Shown in pieces: positions 13,001 to 28,100 of a DNA stretch of 64,000 nucleotides (position 1 is its first letter; each line of letters starts with the position of its first letter). The stretch comes from the human T2T-CHM13v2.0 reference genome, Homo sapiens. The notes beneath the pieces are model-generated. The model was not told the origin of the DNA. It did not search any database and worked only from the letters and a program-made list of their open reading frames with translations. The stretch lies in NCBI RefSeq assembly GCF_009914755.1, contig NC_060935.1; one strand, written 5' to 3'. Both the position numbers and the translations under genes were made by a program.

Positions 13001-15280
13001 TTTCTTTGGATTCTGCAAGTGGATATGTGGACCTCTGTGAAGATTTCGTTGGAAACGGGATCATCTTCACAGAAAAACTAAACAGAAGCATTCTCAGAAA
13101 CTGCTTTGTGATGTTTCTGTTCCACTTCAGGAATTGAACTTTCCTCTTGACAGAGCAGCTCTAAAACCCTCTTATTCTAGAATCTGCTAGTGGACATTTG
13201 GAGGGCTTTGAGGCCTGTGGTGGAAAAGGAAAATCTTCACATAAAAACTAGATGGAAGCATTCTCAGAAACTACTTTGTGATAATTGCATTCGACTCACA
13301 GAGTTGAACATTCCTATAGATACAGCAGGTTGTAAACAATCTTTTTGTAGAATCTGCGATTGGAGATTTGGACTGCTTTGAGGCCTACTGTAGTAAAGGA
13401 AATAACTTCATCTAAAAACCAAACGGAAGCATTCACAGACAATTCTTAGTGATCATTGCATTGAACTAACAGAGCTGAACATTCCTTTAGATGGAGCAGT
13501 TTCCAAACACACTTTCTGTAGAACCTGCAAGTGGATATTTGGACCTCTCTGAGGATTTCGTTGGAAACGGGATAAACTTCCCAGAACTACACGGAAGCAT
13601 TGTGAGAAACTTCTTTGTGATGTTTGCATTCAACTCACAGAGTTGAACCTTGCTTTCATAGTTCAGCTTTCAAACACTCTTTTTGTAGAATCTGCAAGTG
13701 GATATTTGGACCACTTTGTGGCCTTCCTTCGAAACGGGTATATCTTCACATCAAACCTAGACAGAAGCATTCTCAGAATGTTTCCTGTGATGACTGCATT
13801 CAACTCACAGAGGTGAACAATCCTGCTGATGGAGCAGTTTTGAAACTCTCTTTCTTTGGATTCTGCAAGTGGATATGTGGACCTCTGTGAAGATTTCGTT
13901 GGAAACGGGTTCATCTTCACAGAAAAACTAAACAGAAACATTCTCAGAAACTGCTTTGTGATGTTTGTGTTCCACTTCAGGAATTGAACTTTCCTCTTGA
14001 CAGAGCAGCTCTGAAACCCTCTTATTCTAGAATCTGCAAGTGGACATTTGGAGGGCTTTGAGGCCTGTGGTGGAAAAGGAAAATCTTCACATAAAAACTA
14101 GATGGAAGCATTCTCAGAAACTACTTTGTGATGATTGCATTCGACTCACAGAGTTGAACATTCCTATAGATACAGCAGGTTGTAAACAATCTTTTTGTAG
14201 AATCTGCGATTGGAGATTTGGACTGCTTTGAGGCCTACTGTAGTAAAGGAAATAACTTCATCTAAAAACCAAACGGAAGCATTCACAGACAATTCTTAGT
14301 GATCATTGGATTGAACTAACAGAGCTGAACATTCCTTTAGATGGCGCAGTTTCCAAACACACTTTCTGTAGAATCTGCAAGTGGATATTTGGACTTCTCT
14401 GAGGATTTCGTTGGAAACGGGATAAACTTCCCAGAACTACACGGAAGCATTGTGAGAAACTTCTTTGTGATGTTTGCATTCAACTCACAGAGTTGAACCT
14501 TGCTTTCATAGTTCAGCTTTCAAACACTCTTTTTGTAGAATCTGCAAGTGGATATTTGGACCACTTTGTGGCCTTCCTTCGAAACGGGTATATCTTCACA
14601 TCAAACCTAGACAGAAGCATTCTCAGAATGTTTCCTGTGATGACTGCATTCAACTCACAGAGGTGAACAATCCTGCTGATGGAGCAGTTTTGAAACTCTC
14701 TTTCTTTGGATTCTGCAAGTGGATATGTGGACCTCTGTGAAGATTTCGTTGGAAACGGGTTCATCTTCACAGAAAAACTAAACAGGAGCATTCTCAGAAA
14801 CTGCTTTGTGATGTTTGTGTTCCACTTCAAGAATTGAACTTTCCTCTTGACAGAGCAGCTCTGAAACCCTCTTTTTCTAGAATCTGCAAGTGGACATTTG
14901 GAGGGCTTTGAGGCCTGTGGTGGAAAAGGAAAATCTTCACATAAAAACTAGATGGAAGCATTCTCAGAAACTACTTTGTGATGATTGCATTCGACTCACA
15001 GAGTTGAACATTCCTATAGATAGAGCAGGTTGTAAACAATCTTTTTGTACAATCTGCGATTGGAGATTTGGACTGCTTTGAGGCCTACTGTAGTAAAGGA
15101 AATAACTTCATCTAAAAACCAAACGGAAGCATTCACAGACAATTCTTAGTGATCATTGGATTGAACTAACAGAGCTGAACATTCCTTTAGATGGAGCAGT
15201 TTCCAAACCCACTTTCTGTAGAATCTGCAAGTGGATATTTGGACTTCTCTGAGGATTTCGTTGGAAACGGGATAAACTTC

Positions 15281-16155
15281 CCGGAACTACAGGGAAGCAT
15301 TGTGAGAAACTTCTTTGTGATGTTTGCATTCAACTCACAGAGTTGAATCTTGCTTTCATAGTTCAGCTTTCAAACACTCTTTTTGTAGAATCTGCAAGTG
15401 GATATTTGGACCACTTTGTGGCCTTCCTTCGAAACGGGTATATCTTCACATCAAACCTAGACAGAAGCATTCTCAGAATGTTTCCTGTGATGACTGCATT
15501 CAACTCACAGAGGTGAACAATCCTGTTGATGGAGCAGTTTTGAAACTCTCTTTCTTTGGATTCTGCAAGTGGATATGTGGACCTCTGTGAAGATTTCGTT
15601 GGAAACGGGTTCATCTTCACGGAAAAACTAAACAGAAGCATTCTCAGAAACTGCTTTGTGATGTTTGTGTTCCACTTCAGGAATTGAACTTTCCTCCTGA
15701 CAGAGCAGCTCTGAAACCCTCTTATTCTAGAATCTGCAAGTGGACATTTGGAGGGCTTTGAGGCCTGTGGTGGAAAAGGAAAATCTTCACATAAAAACTA
15801 GATGGAAGCATTCTCAGAAACTACTTTGTGATGATTGCATTCGACTCACAGAGTAGAACATTCCTATAGATAGAGCAGGTTGTAAACAATCTTTTTGTAG
15901 AATCTGCGATTGGAGATTCGGACTGCTTTGAGGCCTACTGTAGTAAAGGAAATAACTTCATCTAAAAACCAAACGGAAGCATTCACAGACAATTCTTAGT
16001 GATCATTGCATTGAACTAACAGAGCTGAACATTCCTTTAGATGGCGCAGTTTCCAAACACACTTTCTGTAGAATCTGCAAGTGGATATTTGGACCTCTCT
16101 GAGGATTTCGTTGGAAACGGGATAAACTTCCCAGAACTACACGGAAGCATGCTGA
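15281..16155 (+). repeat. Duplicated block (HOR19), copy at ~16981-17855 (offset 1700 = 2 HORs)
   Basis: Shared CCGGAACTACAGGG, GTTGAATCTT, CACGGAAAAA, GAGTAGAACA, GGAGATTCGG and ATGCTGAG. Confidence 0.85.
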
Positions 16156-19100
16156 GAAACTTCTTTGTGATGTTTGCATTCAACTCACAGAGTTGAACCT
16201 TGCTTTCATAGTTCAGCTTTCAAACACTCTTTTTGTAGAATCTGCAAGTGGATATTTGGACCACTTTGTGGCCTTCCTTCGAAACGGGTATATCTTCACA
16301 TCAAACCTAGACAGAAGCATTCTCAGAATGTTTCCTGTGATGACTGCATTCAACTCACAGAGGTGAACAATCCTGCTGATGGAGCAGTTTTGAAACTCTC
16401 TTTCTTTGGATTCTGCAAGTGGATATGTGGACCTCTGTGAAGATTTCGTTGGAAACGGGTTCATCTTCACAGAAAAACTAAACAGAAACATTCTCAGAAA
16501 CTGCTTTGTGATGTTTGTGTTCCACTTCAGGAATTGAACTTTCCTCTTGACAGAGCAGCTCTGAAACCCTCTTATTCTAGAATCTGCAAGTGGACATTTG
16601 GAGGGCTTTGAGGCCTGTGGTGGAAAAGGAAAATCTTCACATAAAAACTAGATGGAAGCATTCTCAGAAACTACTTTGTGATGATTGCATTCGACTCACA
16701 GAGTTGAACATTCCTATAGATACAGCAGGTTGTAAACAATCTTTTTGTAGAATCTGCGATTGGAGATTTGGACTGCTTTGAGGCCTACTGTAGTAAAGGA
16801 AATAACTTCATCTAAAAACCAAACGGAAGCATTCACAGACAATTCTTAGTGATCATTGGATTGAACTAACAGAGCTGAACATTCCTTTAGATGGAGCAGT
16901 TTCCAAACCCACTTTCTGTAGAATCTGCAAGTGGATATTTGGACTTCTCTGAGGATTTCGTTGGAAACGGGATAAACTTCCCGGAACTACAGGGAAGCAT
17001 TGTGAGAAACTTCTTTGTGATGTTTGCATTCAACTCACAGAGTTGAATCTTGCTTTCATAGTTCAGCTTTGAAACACTCTTTTTGTAGAATCTGCAAGTG
17101 GATATTTGGACCACTTTGTGGCCTTCCTTCGAAACGGGTATATCTTCACATCAAACCTAGACAGAAGCATTCTCAGAATGTTTCCTGTGATGACTGCATT
17201 CAACTCACAGAGGTGAACAATCCTGTTGATGGAGCAGTTTTGAAACTCTCTTTCTTTGGATTCTGCAAGTGGATATGTGGACCTCTGTGAAGATTTCGTT
17301 GGAAACGGGTTCATCTTCACGGAAAAACTAAACAGAAGCATTCTCAGAAACTGCTTTGTGATGTTTGTGTTCCACTTCAGGAATTGAACTTTCCTCTTGA
17401 CAGAGCAGCTCTGAAACCCTCTTATTCTAGAATCTGCAAGTGGACATTTGGAGGGCTTTGAGGCCTGTGGTGGAAAAGGAAAATCTTCACATAAAAACTA
17501 GATGGAAGCATTCTCAGAAACTACTTTGTGATGATTGCATTCGACTCACAGAGTAGAACATTCCTATAGATAGAGCAGGTTGTAAACAATCTTTTTGTAG
17601 AATCTGCGATTGGAGATTCGGACTGCTTTGAGGCCTACTGTAGTAAAGGAAATAACTTCATCTAAAAACCAAACGGAAGCATTCACAGACAATTCTTAGT
17701 GATCATTGCATTGAACTAACAGAGCTGAACATTCCTTTAGATGGCGCAGTTTCCAAACACACTTTCTGTAGAATCTGCAAGTGGATATTTGGACCTCTCT
17801 GAGTATTTCGTTGGAAACGGGATAAACTTCCCAGAACTACACGGAACCATGCTGAGAAACTTCTTTGTGATGTTTGCATTCAACTCACAGAGTTGAAACT
17901 TGCTTTCATAGTTCAGCTTTCAAACACTCTTTTTGTAGAATCTGCAAGTGGATATTTGGACCACTTTGTGGCCTTCCTTCGAAACGGGTATATCTTCACA
18001 TCAAACCTAGACAGAAGCATTCTCAGAATGTTTCCTGTGATGACTGCATTCAACTCACAGAGGTGAACAATCCTGCTGATGGAGCAGTTTTGAAACTCTC
18101 TTTCTTTGGATTCTGCAAGTGGATATGTGGACCTCTGTGAAGATTTCGTTGGAAACGGGTTCATCTTCACAGAAAAACTAAACAGGAGCATTCTCAGAAA
18201 CTGCTTTGTGATGTTTGTGTTCCACTTCAAGAATTGAACTTTCCTCTTGACAGAGCAGCTCTGAAACCCTCTTTTTCTAGAATCTGCAAGTGGACATTTG
18301 GAGGGCTTTGAGGCCTGTGGTGGAAAAGGAAAATCTTCACATAAAAACTAGATGGAAGCATTCTCAGAAACTACTTTGTGATGATTGCATTCGACTCACA
18401 GAGTTGAACATTCCTATAGATAGAGCAGGTTGTAAACAATCTTTTTGTAGAATCTGCGATTGGAGATTTGGACTGCTTTGAGGCCTACTGTAGTAAAGGA
18501 AATAACTTCATCTAAAAACCAAACGGAAGCATTCACAGACAATTCTTAGTGATCATTGGATTGAACTAACAGAGCTGAACATTCCTTTAGATGGAGCAGT
18601 TTCCAAACCCACTTTCTGTAGAATCTGCAAGTGGATATTTGGACTTCTCTGAGGATTTCGTTGGAAACGGGATAAACTTCCCAGAACTACACGGAAGCAT
18701 TGTGAGAAACTTCTTTGTGATGTTTGCATTCAACTCACAGAGTTGAACCTTGCTTTCATAGTTCAGCTTTCAAACACTCTTTTTGTAGAATCTGCAAGTG
18801 GATATTTGGACCACTTTGTGGCCTTCCTTCGAAACGGGTATATCTTCACATCAAACCTAGACAGAAGCATTCTCAGAATGTTTCCTGTGATGACTGCATT
18901 CAACTCACAGAGGTGAACAATCCTGCTGATGGAGCAGTTTTGAAACTCTCTTTCTTTGGATTCTGCAAGTGGATATGTGGACCTCTGTGAAGATTTCGTT
19001 GGAAACGGGTTCATCTTCACAGAAAAACTAAACAGAAACATTCTCAGAAACTGCTTTGTGATGTTTGTGTTCCACTTCAGGAATTGAACTTTCCTCTTGA

Positions 19101-22100
19101 CAGAGCAGCTCTGAAACCCTCTTATTCTAGAATCTGCAAGTGGACATTTGGAGGGCTTTGAGGCCTGTGGTGGAAAAGGAAAATCTTCACATAAAAATTA
19201 GATGGAAGCATTCTCAGAAACTACTTTGTGATGATTGCATTCGACTCACAGAGTTGAACATTCCTATAGATAGAGCAGGTTGTAAACAATCTTTTTGTAG
19301 AATCTGCGATTGGAGATTTGGACTGCTTTGAGGCCTACTGTAGTAAAGGAAATAACTTCATCTAAAAACCAAACGGAAGCATTCACAGACAATTCTTAGT
19401 GATCATTGCATTGAACTAACAGAGCTGAACATTCCTTTAGATGGAGCAGTTTCCAAACCCACTTTCTGTAGAATCTGCAAGTGGATATTTGGACTTCTCT
19501 GAGGATTTCGTTGGAAACGGGATAAACTTCCCAGAACTACACGGAAGCATTGTGAGAAACTTCTTTGTGATGTTTGCATTCAACTCACAGAGTTGAACCT
19601 TGCTTTCATAGTTCAGCTTTCAAACACTCTTTTTGTAGAATCTGCAAGTGGATATTTGGACCACTTTGTGGCCTTCCTTCGAAACGGGTATATCTTCACA
19701 TCAAACCTAGACAGAAGCATTCTCAGAATGTTTCCTGTGATGACTGCATTCAACTCACAGAGGTGAACAATCCTGCTGATGGAGCAGTTTTGAAACTCTC
19801 TTTCTTTGGATTCTGCAAGTGGATATGTGGACCTCTGTGAAGATTTCGTTGGAAACGGGTTCATCTTCACAGAAAAACTAAACAGAAGCATTCTCAGAAA
19901 CTGCTTTGTGATGTTTGTGTTCCACTTCAGGAATTGAACTTTCCTCTTGACAGAGCAGCTCTGAAACCCTCTTATTCTAGAATCTGCAAGTGGACATTTG
20001 GAGGGCTTTGAGGCCTGTGGTGGAAAAGGAAAATCTTCACATAAAAACTAGATGGAAGCATTCTCAGAAACTACTTTGTGATGATTGCATTCGACTCACA
20101 GAGTTGAACATTCCTATAGATAGAGCAGGTTGTAAACAATCTTTTTGTAAAATCTGCGATTGGAGATTTGGACTGCTTTGAGGCCTACTGTAGTAAAGGA
20201 AATAACTTCATCTAAAAACCAAACGGAAGCATTCACAGACAATTCTTAGTGATCATTGCATTGAACTAACAGAGCTGAACATTCCTTTAGATGGAGCAGT
20301 TTCCAAACACACTTTCTGTAGAATCTGCAAGTGGATATTTGGACTTCTCTGAAGATTTCGTTGGAAACGGGATAAACTTCCCAGAACTACACGGAAGCAT
20401 TCTGAGAAACTTCTTTGTGATGTTTGCATTCAACTCACAGAGTTGAACCTTGCTTTCATAGTTCAGCTTTCAAACACTCTTTTTGTAGAATCTGCAAGTG
20501 GATATTTGGACCACTTAGTGGCATTCCTTCGAAACGGGTATATCTTCACATCAAACCTAGACAGAAGCATTCTCAGAATGTTTCCTGTGATGACTGCATT
20601 CAACTCACAGAGGTGAACAATCCTGTTGATGGAGCAGTTTTGAAACTCTCTTTCTTTGGATTCTGCAAGTGGATATGTGGACCTCTGTGAAGATTTCGTT
20701 GGAAACGGGTTCATCTTCACAGAAAAACTAAACAGAAGCATTCTCAGAAACTGCTTTGTGATGTTTGTGTTCCACTTCAAGAATTGAACTTTCCTCTTGA
20801 CAGAGCAGCTCTGAAACCCTCTTTTTCTAGAATGTGCAAGTGGACATTTGGAGGGCTTTGAGGCCTGTGGTGGAAAAGGAAAATCTTCACATAAAAACTT
20901 TATGGAAGCATTCTCAGAAACTACTTTGTGATGATTGCATTCGACTCACAGAGTTGAACATTCCTATAGATAGAGCAGGTTGTAAACAATCTTTTTGTAG
21001 AATCTGCGATTGGAGATTTGGACTGCTTTGAGGCCTACTGTAGTAAAGGAAATAACTTCATCTAAAAACCAAACGGAAGCATTCACAGACAATTCTTAGT
21101 GATCATTGGATTGAACTAACAGAGCTGAACATTCCTTTAGATGGCGCAGTTTCCAAACACACTTTCTGTAGAATCTGCAAGTGGATATTTGGACCTCTCT
21201 GAGGATTTCGTTGGAAACGGGATAAACTTCCCAGAACTACACGGAAGCATGCTGAGAAACTTCTTTGTGATGTTTGCATTCAACTCACAGAGCTGAACCT
21301 TGCTTTCATAGTTCAGCTTTCAAACACTCTTTTTGTAGCATCTGCAAGTGGATATTTGGACCACTTTGTGGCCTTCCTTCGAAACGGGTATATCTTCACA
21401 TCAAACCTAGACAGAAGCATTCTCAGAATGTTTCCTGTGATGACTGCATTCAACTCACAGAGGTGAACAATCCTGCTGATGGAGCAGTGTTGAAACTCTC
21501 TTTCTTTGGATTCTGCAAGTGGATATGTGGACCTCTGTGAAGATTTCGTTGGAAACGGGTTCATCTTCACAGAAAAACTAAACAGGAGCATTCTCAGAAA
21601 CTGCTTTGTGATGTTTGTGTTCCCCTTCAAGAATTGAAATTTCCTCTTGACAGAGCAGCTCTGAAACCCTCTTTTTCTAGAATCTGCAAGTGGACATTTG
21701 GAGGGCTTTGAGGCCTGTGGTGGAAAAGGAAAATCTTCACATAAAAACTTTATGGAAGCATTCTCAGAAACTACTTTGTGATGATTGCATTCGACTCACA
21801 GAGTTGAACATTCCTATAGATAGAGCAGGTTGTAAACAATCTTTTTGTAGAATCTGCGATTGGAGATTTGGACTGCTTTGAGGCCTACTGTAGTAAAGGA
21901 AATAACTTCATCTAAAAACCAAACGGAAGCATTCACAGACAATTCTTAGTGATCATTGGATTGAACTAACAGAGCTGAACATTTCTTTAGATGGAGCAGT
22001 TTCCAAACCCACTTTCTGTAGAATCTGCAAGTGGATATTTGGACTTCTCTGAGGATTTCGTTGGAAACGGGATAAACTTCCCAGAACTACACGGAAGCAT

Positions 22101-25100
22101 TGTGAGAAACTTCTTTGTGATGTTTGCATTCAACTCACAGAGTTGAACCTTGCTTTCATAGTTCAGCTTTCAAACACTCTTTTTGTAGAATCTGCAAGTG
22201 GATATTTGGACCACTTTGTGGCCTTCCTTCGAAACGGGTATATCTTCACATCAAACCTAGACAGAAGCATTCTCAGAATGTTTCCTGTGATGACTGCATT
22301 CAACTCACAGAGGTGAACAATCCTGTTGATGGAGCACTTTTGAAACTCTCTTTCTTTGGATTCTGCAAGTTGATATGTGGACCTCTGTGAAGATTTCGTT
22401 GGAAACGGGTTCATATTCACAGAAAAACTAAACAGAAGCATTCTCAGAAACTACTTTGTGATGTTTGTGTTTCACTTCAAGAATTGAACTTTCCTCTTGA
22501 CAGAGCAGCTCTGAAACCCTCTTTTTCTAGAATCTGCAAGTGGACATTTGGAGGGCTTTGAGGCCTGTGGTGGAAAAGGAAAATCTTCACATAAAAACTA
22601 GATGGAAGCATTCTCAGAAACTACTTTGTGATGATTGCATTCGACTCACAGAGTTGAACATTCCTATAGATAGAGCAGGTTGTAAACAATCTTTTTGTAG
22701 AATCTGCGATTGGAGATTTGGACTGCTTTGAGGCCTACTGTAGTAAAGGAAATAACTTCATCTAAAAACCAAACGGAAGCATTCACAGACAATTCTTAGT
22801 CATCATTGCATTGAACTAACAGAACTGAACATTCCTTTAGATGGCGCAGTTTCCAAACACACTTTCTGTAGAATCTGCAAGTGGATATTTGGACCTCTCT
22901 GAGGATTTCGTTGAAAACGGGATAAACTTCCCAGAACTACACGGAAGCATTGTGAGAAACTTCTTTGTGATGTTTGCATTCAACTCACAGAGTTGAACCT
23001 TGCTTTCATAGTTCAGCTTTCAAACACTCTTTTTATAGAATCTGCAAGTGGATATTTGGACCACTTTGTGGCCTTCCTTCGAAACGGGTATATCTTCACA
23101 TCAAACCTAGACAGAAGCATTCTCAGAATGTTTCCTGTGATGACTGCATTCAACTCACAGAGGTGAACAATCCTGCTGATGGAGCAGTTTTGAAACTCTC
23201 TTTCTTTGGATTCTGCAAGTGGATATGTGGACCTCTGTGAAGATTTCGTTGGAAACGGGTTCATCTTCACAGAAAAACTAAACAGGAGCATTCTCAGAAA
23301 CTGCTTTGTGATGTTTGTGTTCCACTTCAAGAATTGAACTTTCCTCTTGACAGAGCAGCTCTGATACCCTCTTTTTCTAGAATCTGCAAGTGGACATTTG
23401 GAGGGCTTTGAGGCCTGTGGTGGAAAAGGAAAATCTTCACATAAAAACTAGATGGAAGCATTCTCAGAAACTACTTTGTGATGATTGCATTCGACTCACA
23501 GAGTTGAACATTGTTATAGATAGAGCAGGTTGTAAACAATCTTTTTGTAGAATCTGCGATTGGAGATTTGGACTGCTTTGAGGCCTACTGTAGTAAAGGA
23601 AATAACTTCATCTAAAAACCAAACGGAAGCATTCACAGACAATTCTTAGTGATCATTGGATTGAACTAACAGAGCTGAACATTCCTTTAGATGGAGCAGT
23701 TTCCAAACACACTTTCTGTAGAATCTGCAAGTGGATATTTGGACTTCTCTGAGGATTTCGTTGGAAACGGGATAAACTTCCCAGAACTACACGGAAGCAT
23801 TGTGAGAAACTTCTTTGTGATGTTTGCATTCAACTCACAGAGTTGAACCTTGCTTTCATAGTTCAGCTTTCAAACACTCTTTTTGTAGAATCTGCAAGTG
23901 GATATTTGGACCACTTTGTGGCCTTCCTTCGAAACGCGTATATCTTCACATCAAACCTAGACAGAAGCATTCTCAGAATGTTTCCTGTGATGACTGCATT
24001 CAACTCACAGAGGTGAACAATCCTGCTGATGGAGCAGTTTTGAAACTCTCTTACTTTGGATTCTGCAAGTGGATATGTGGACCTCTGTGAAGATTTCGTT
24101 GGAAACGGGTTCATCTTCACAGAAAAACTAAACAGGAGCATTCTCAGAAACTGCTTTGTGATGTTTGTGTTCCACTTCAAGAATTGAACTTTCCTCTTGA
24201 CAGAGCAGCTCTGAAACCTTCTTTTACTAGAATCTGCAAGTGGACATTTGGAGGGCTTTGAGGCCTGTGGTGGAAAAGGAAAATCTTCACATAAATACTA
24301 GATGGAAGCATTCACAGAAACTACTTTGTGATGATTGCATTCGACTCACAGAGTTGAACATTCCTATAGATAGAGCAGGTTGTAAACAATCTTTTTGTAG
24401 AATCTGCGATTGGAGATTTGGACTGCTTTGAGGCCTACTGTAGTAAAGGAAATAACTTCATCTAAAAACCAAACGGAAGCATTCACAGACAATTCTTAGT
24501 GATCATTGCATTGAACTAACAGAGCTGAACATTCCTTTAGATGGAGCAGTTACCAAACACACTTTCTGTAGAATCTGCAAGTGGATATTTGGACTTCTCT
24601 GAGGATTTCGTTGGAAACGGGATAAACTTCCCAGAACTACACGGAAGCATTGTGAGAAACTTCTTTGTGATGTTTGCATTCAACTCACAGAGTTGAACCT
24701 TGCTTTCATAGTTCAGCTTTCAAACACTCTTTTTGTAGAATCTGCAAGTGGATATTTGGACCACTTTGTGGCCTTCCTTCGAAACGGGTATATCTTCACA
24801 TCAAACCTAGACAGCAGCATTCTCAGAATGTTTCCTGTGATGACTGCATTCAACTCACAGAGGTGAACAATCCTGCTGACGGAGCAGTTTTGAAACTCTC
24901 TTTCTTTGGATTCTGCAAGTGGATATGTGGACCTCTGTGAAGATTTCGTTGGAAACGGGTTCTTCTTCACAGAAAAACTAAACAGAAGCATTCTCAGAAA
25001 CTGCTTTGTGATGTTTGTGTTCCACTTCAGGAATTGAACTTTCCTCTTGACAGAGCAGCTCTGAAACCCTCTTATTCTAGAATCTGCAATTGGACATTTG

Positions 25101-28100
25101 GAGGGCTTTGAGGCCTGTGGTGGAAAAGGAAAATCTTCACATAAAAACTAGATGGAAGCATTCTCAGAAACTACTTTTTGATGATTGCATTCGACTCACA
25201 GAGTTGAACATTCCTATAGATAGAGCAGGTTGTAAACAATGTTTTTGTAGAATCTGCGATTGGAGATTTGGATTGCTTTGAGGCCTACTGTAGTAAAGGA
25301 AATAACTTCATCTAAAAACCAAACGGAAGCATTCACAGACAATTCTTAGTGATCATTGGATTGAACTAACAGAGCTGAACATTCCTTTAGATGGAGCAGT
25401 TTCCAAACCCACTTTCTGTAGAATCTGCAAGTGGATATTTGGACCTCTCTGAGGATTTCGTTGGAAACGGGATAAACTTCCCAGAACTACACGGAAGCAT
25501 TGTGAGAAACTTCTTTGTGATGTTTGCATTCAACTCACAGAGTTGAACCTTGCTTTCATAGTTCAGCTTTCAAACACTCTTTTTGTAGAATCTGCAAGTG
25601 GATATTTGGACCACTTTGTGGCCTTCCTTTGAAAAGGGTATATCTTCACATCAAACCTAGACAGAGGCATTCTCAGAATGTTTCCTCTGATGACTGTATT
25701 CAACTCACAGAGGTGAACAATCCTGTTGATGGAGCAGTTTTGAAACTCTCTTTCTTTGGATTCTGCAAGTGGATATGTGGACCTCTGTGAAGATTTCGTT
25801 GGAAACGGGTTCATCTTCACAGAAAAACTAAACAGAAGCATTCTCAGAAACTGCTTTGTGATGTTTGTGTTCCACTCCAGGAATTGAACTTTCCTCTTGA
25901 CAGAGCAGCTCTGAAACCCTCTTATTCTAGAATCTGCAAGTGGACATTTGGAGGGCTTTGAGGCCTGTGGTGGAAAAGGAAAATCTTCACATAAAAACTA
26001 GATGGAAGCATTCTCAGAAACTACTTTTTGATGATTGCATTCGACTCACAGAGTTGAACATTCCTATAGATAGAGCAGGTTGTAAACAATCTTTTTGTAG
26101 AATCTGCGATTGGAGATTTGGATTGCTTTGAGGCCTACTGTAGTAAAGGAAATAACTTCATCTAAAAACCAAACGGAAGCATTCACAGACAATTCTTAGT
26201 GATCATTGCATTGAACTAACAGAGCTGAACATTCCCTTAGATGGCGCAGTTTCCAAACACACTTTCTGTAGAATCTGCAAGTGGATATTTGGACCTCTCT
26301 GAGGATTTCGTTGGAAACGGGATAAAATTCCCAGAACTACACGGAAGCATTGTGAGAAACTTCTTTGTGATGTTTGCATTCAACTCACAGAGTTGAACCT
26401 TGCTTTCATAGTTCAGCATTCAAACACTCTTTTTGTAGAATCTGCAAGTGGATATTTGGACCACTTTGTGGCCTTCCTTCGAAACGGGTATATCTTCACA
26501 TCAAACCTAGACAGAAGCATTCTCAGAATGTTTCCTGTGATGACTGCATTCAACTCACAGAGGTGAACAATCCTGCTGATGGAGCAGTTTTGAAACTCTC
26601 TTTCTTTGGATTCTGCAAGTGGATATGTGGACCTCTGTGAAGATTTCGTTGGAAACGGGTTCATCTTCACACAAAAACTAAACAGAAGCATTCTCAGAAA
26701 CTGCTTTGTGATGTTTGTGTTCCACTTCAGGAATTGAACTTTCCTCTTGACAGAGCAGCTCTGAAACCCTCTTATTCTAGAATCTGCAACTGGACATTTG
26801 GAGGGCTTTGAGGCCTGTGGTGGAAAAGGAAAATCTTCACATAAAAACTAGATGGAAGCATTCTCAGAAACTACTTTGTGATGATTGCATTCGACTCACA
26901 GAGTTGAACATTCCTATAGATAGAGCAGGTTGTAAACAATCTTTTTGTAGAATCTGCGATTGGAGATTTGGACTGCTTTGAGGCCTACTGTAGTAAAGGA
27001 AATAACTTCATCTAAAAACCAAACGGAAGCATTCACAGACAATTCTTAGTGATCATTGGATTGAACTAACAGAGCTGAACATTCCTTTAGATGGAGCAGT
27101 TTCCAAACCCACTTTCTGTAGAATCTGCAAGTGGATATTTGGACTTCTCTGAGGATTTCGTTGGAAACGGGATAAACTTCCCAGAACTACACGGAAGCAT
27201 TGTGAGAAACTTCTTTGTGATGTTTGCATTCAACTCACAGAGTTGAACCTTGCTTTCATAGTTCAGCTTTCAAACACTCTTTTTGTAGAATCTGCAAGTG
27301 GATATTTGGACCACTTTGTGGCCTTCCTTTGAAAAGGGTATATCTTCACATCAAACCTAGACAGAGGCATTCTCAGAATGTTTCCTGTGATGACTGCATT
27401 CAACTCACAGAGGTGAACAATCCTGTTGATGGAGCAGTTTTGAAACTCTCTTTCTTTGGATTCTGCAAGTGGATATGTGGACCTCTGTGAAGATTTCGTT
27501 GGAAACGGGGTCATCTTCACAGAAAAACTAAACAGAAGCATTCTCAGAAACTGCTTTGTGATGTTTGTGTTCCACTTCAGGAATTGAACTTTCCTCTTGA
27601 AAGAGCAGCTCTGAAACCCTCTTTTTCTAGAATCTGCAAGTGGACATTTGGAGGGCTTTGAGGCCTGTGGTGGAAAAGGAAAATCTTCACATAAAAACTA
27701 GATGGAAGCATTCTCAGAAACTACTTTGTGATGATTGCATTCGACTCACAGAGTTGAACATTCCTATAGATAGAGCAGGTTGTAAACAATCTTTTTGTAG
27801 AATCTGCGATTGGAGATTTGGACTGCTTTGAGGCCTACTGTAGTAAAGGAAATAACTTCATCTAAAAACCAAACGGAAGCATTCACAGACAATTCTTTAA
27901 TGATCATTGCATTGAACTAACAGAGCTGAACATTCCTTTAGATGGCGCAGTTTCCAAACACACTTTCTGTAGAATCTGCAAGTGGATATTTGGACCTCTC
28001 TGAGGATTTCGTTGGAAACGGGATAAACTTCCCAGAACTACACGGAAGCATTGTGAGAAACTTCTTTGTGATGTTTGCATTCAACTCACAGAGCTGAACC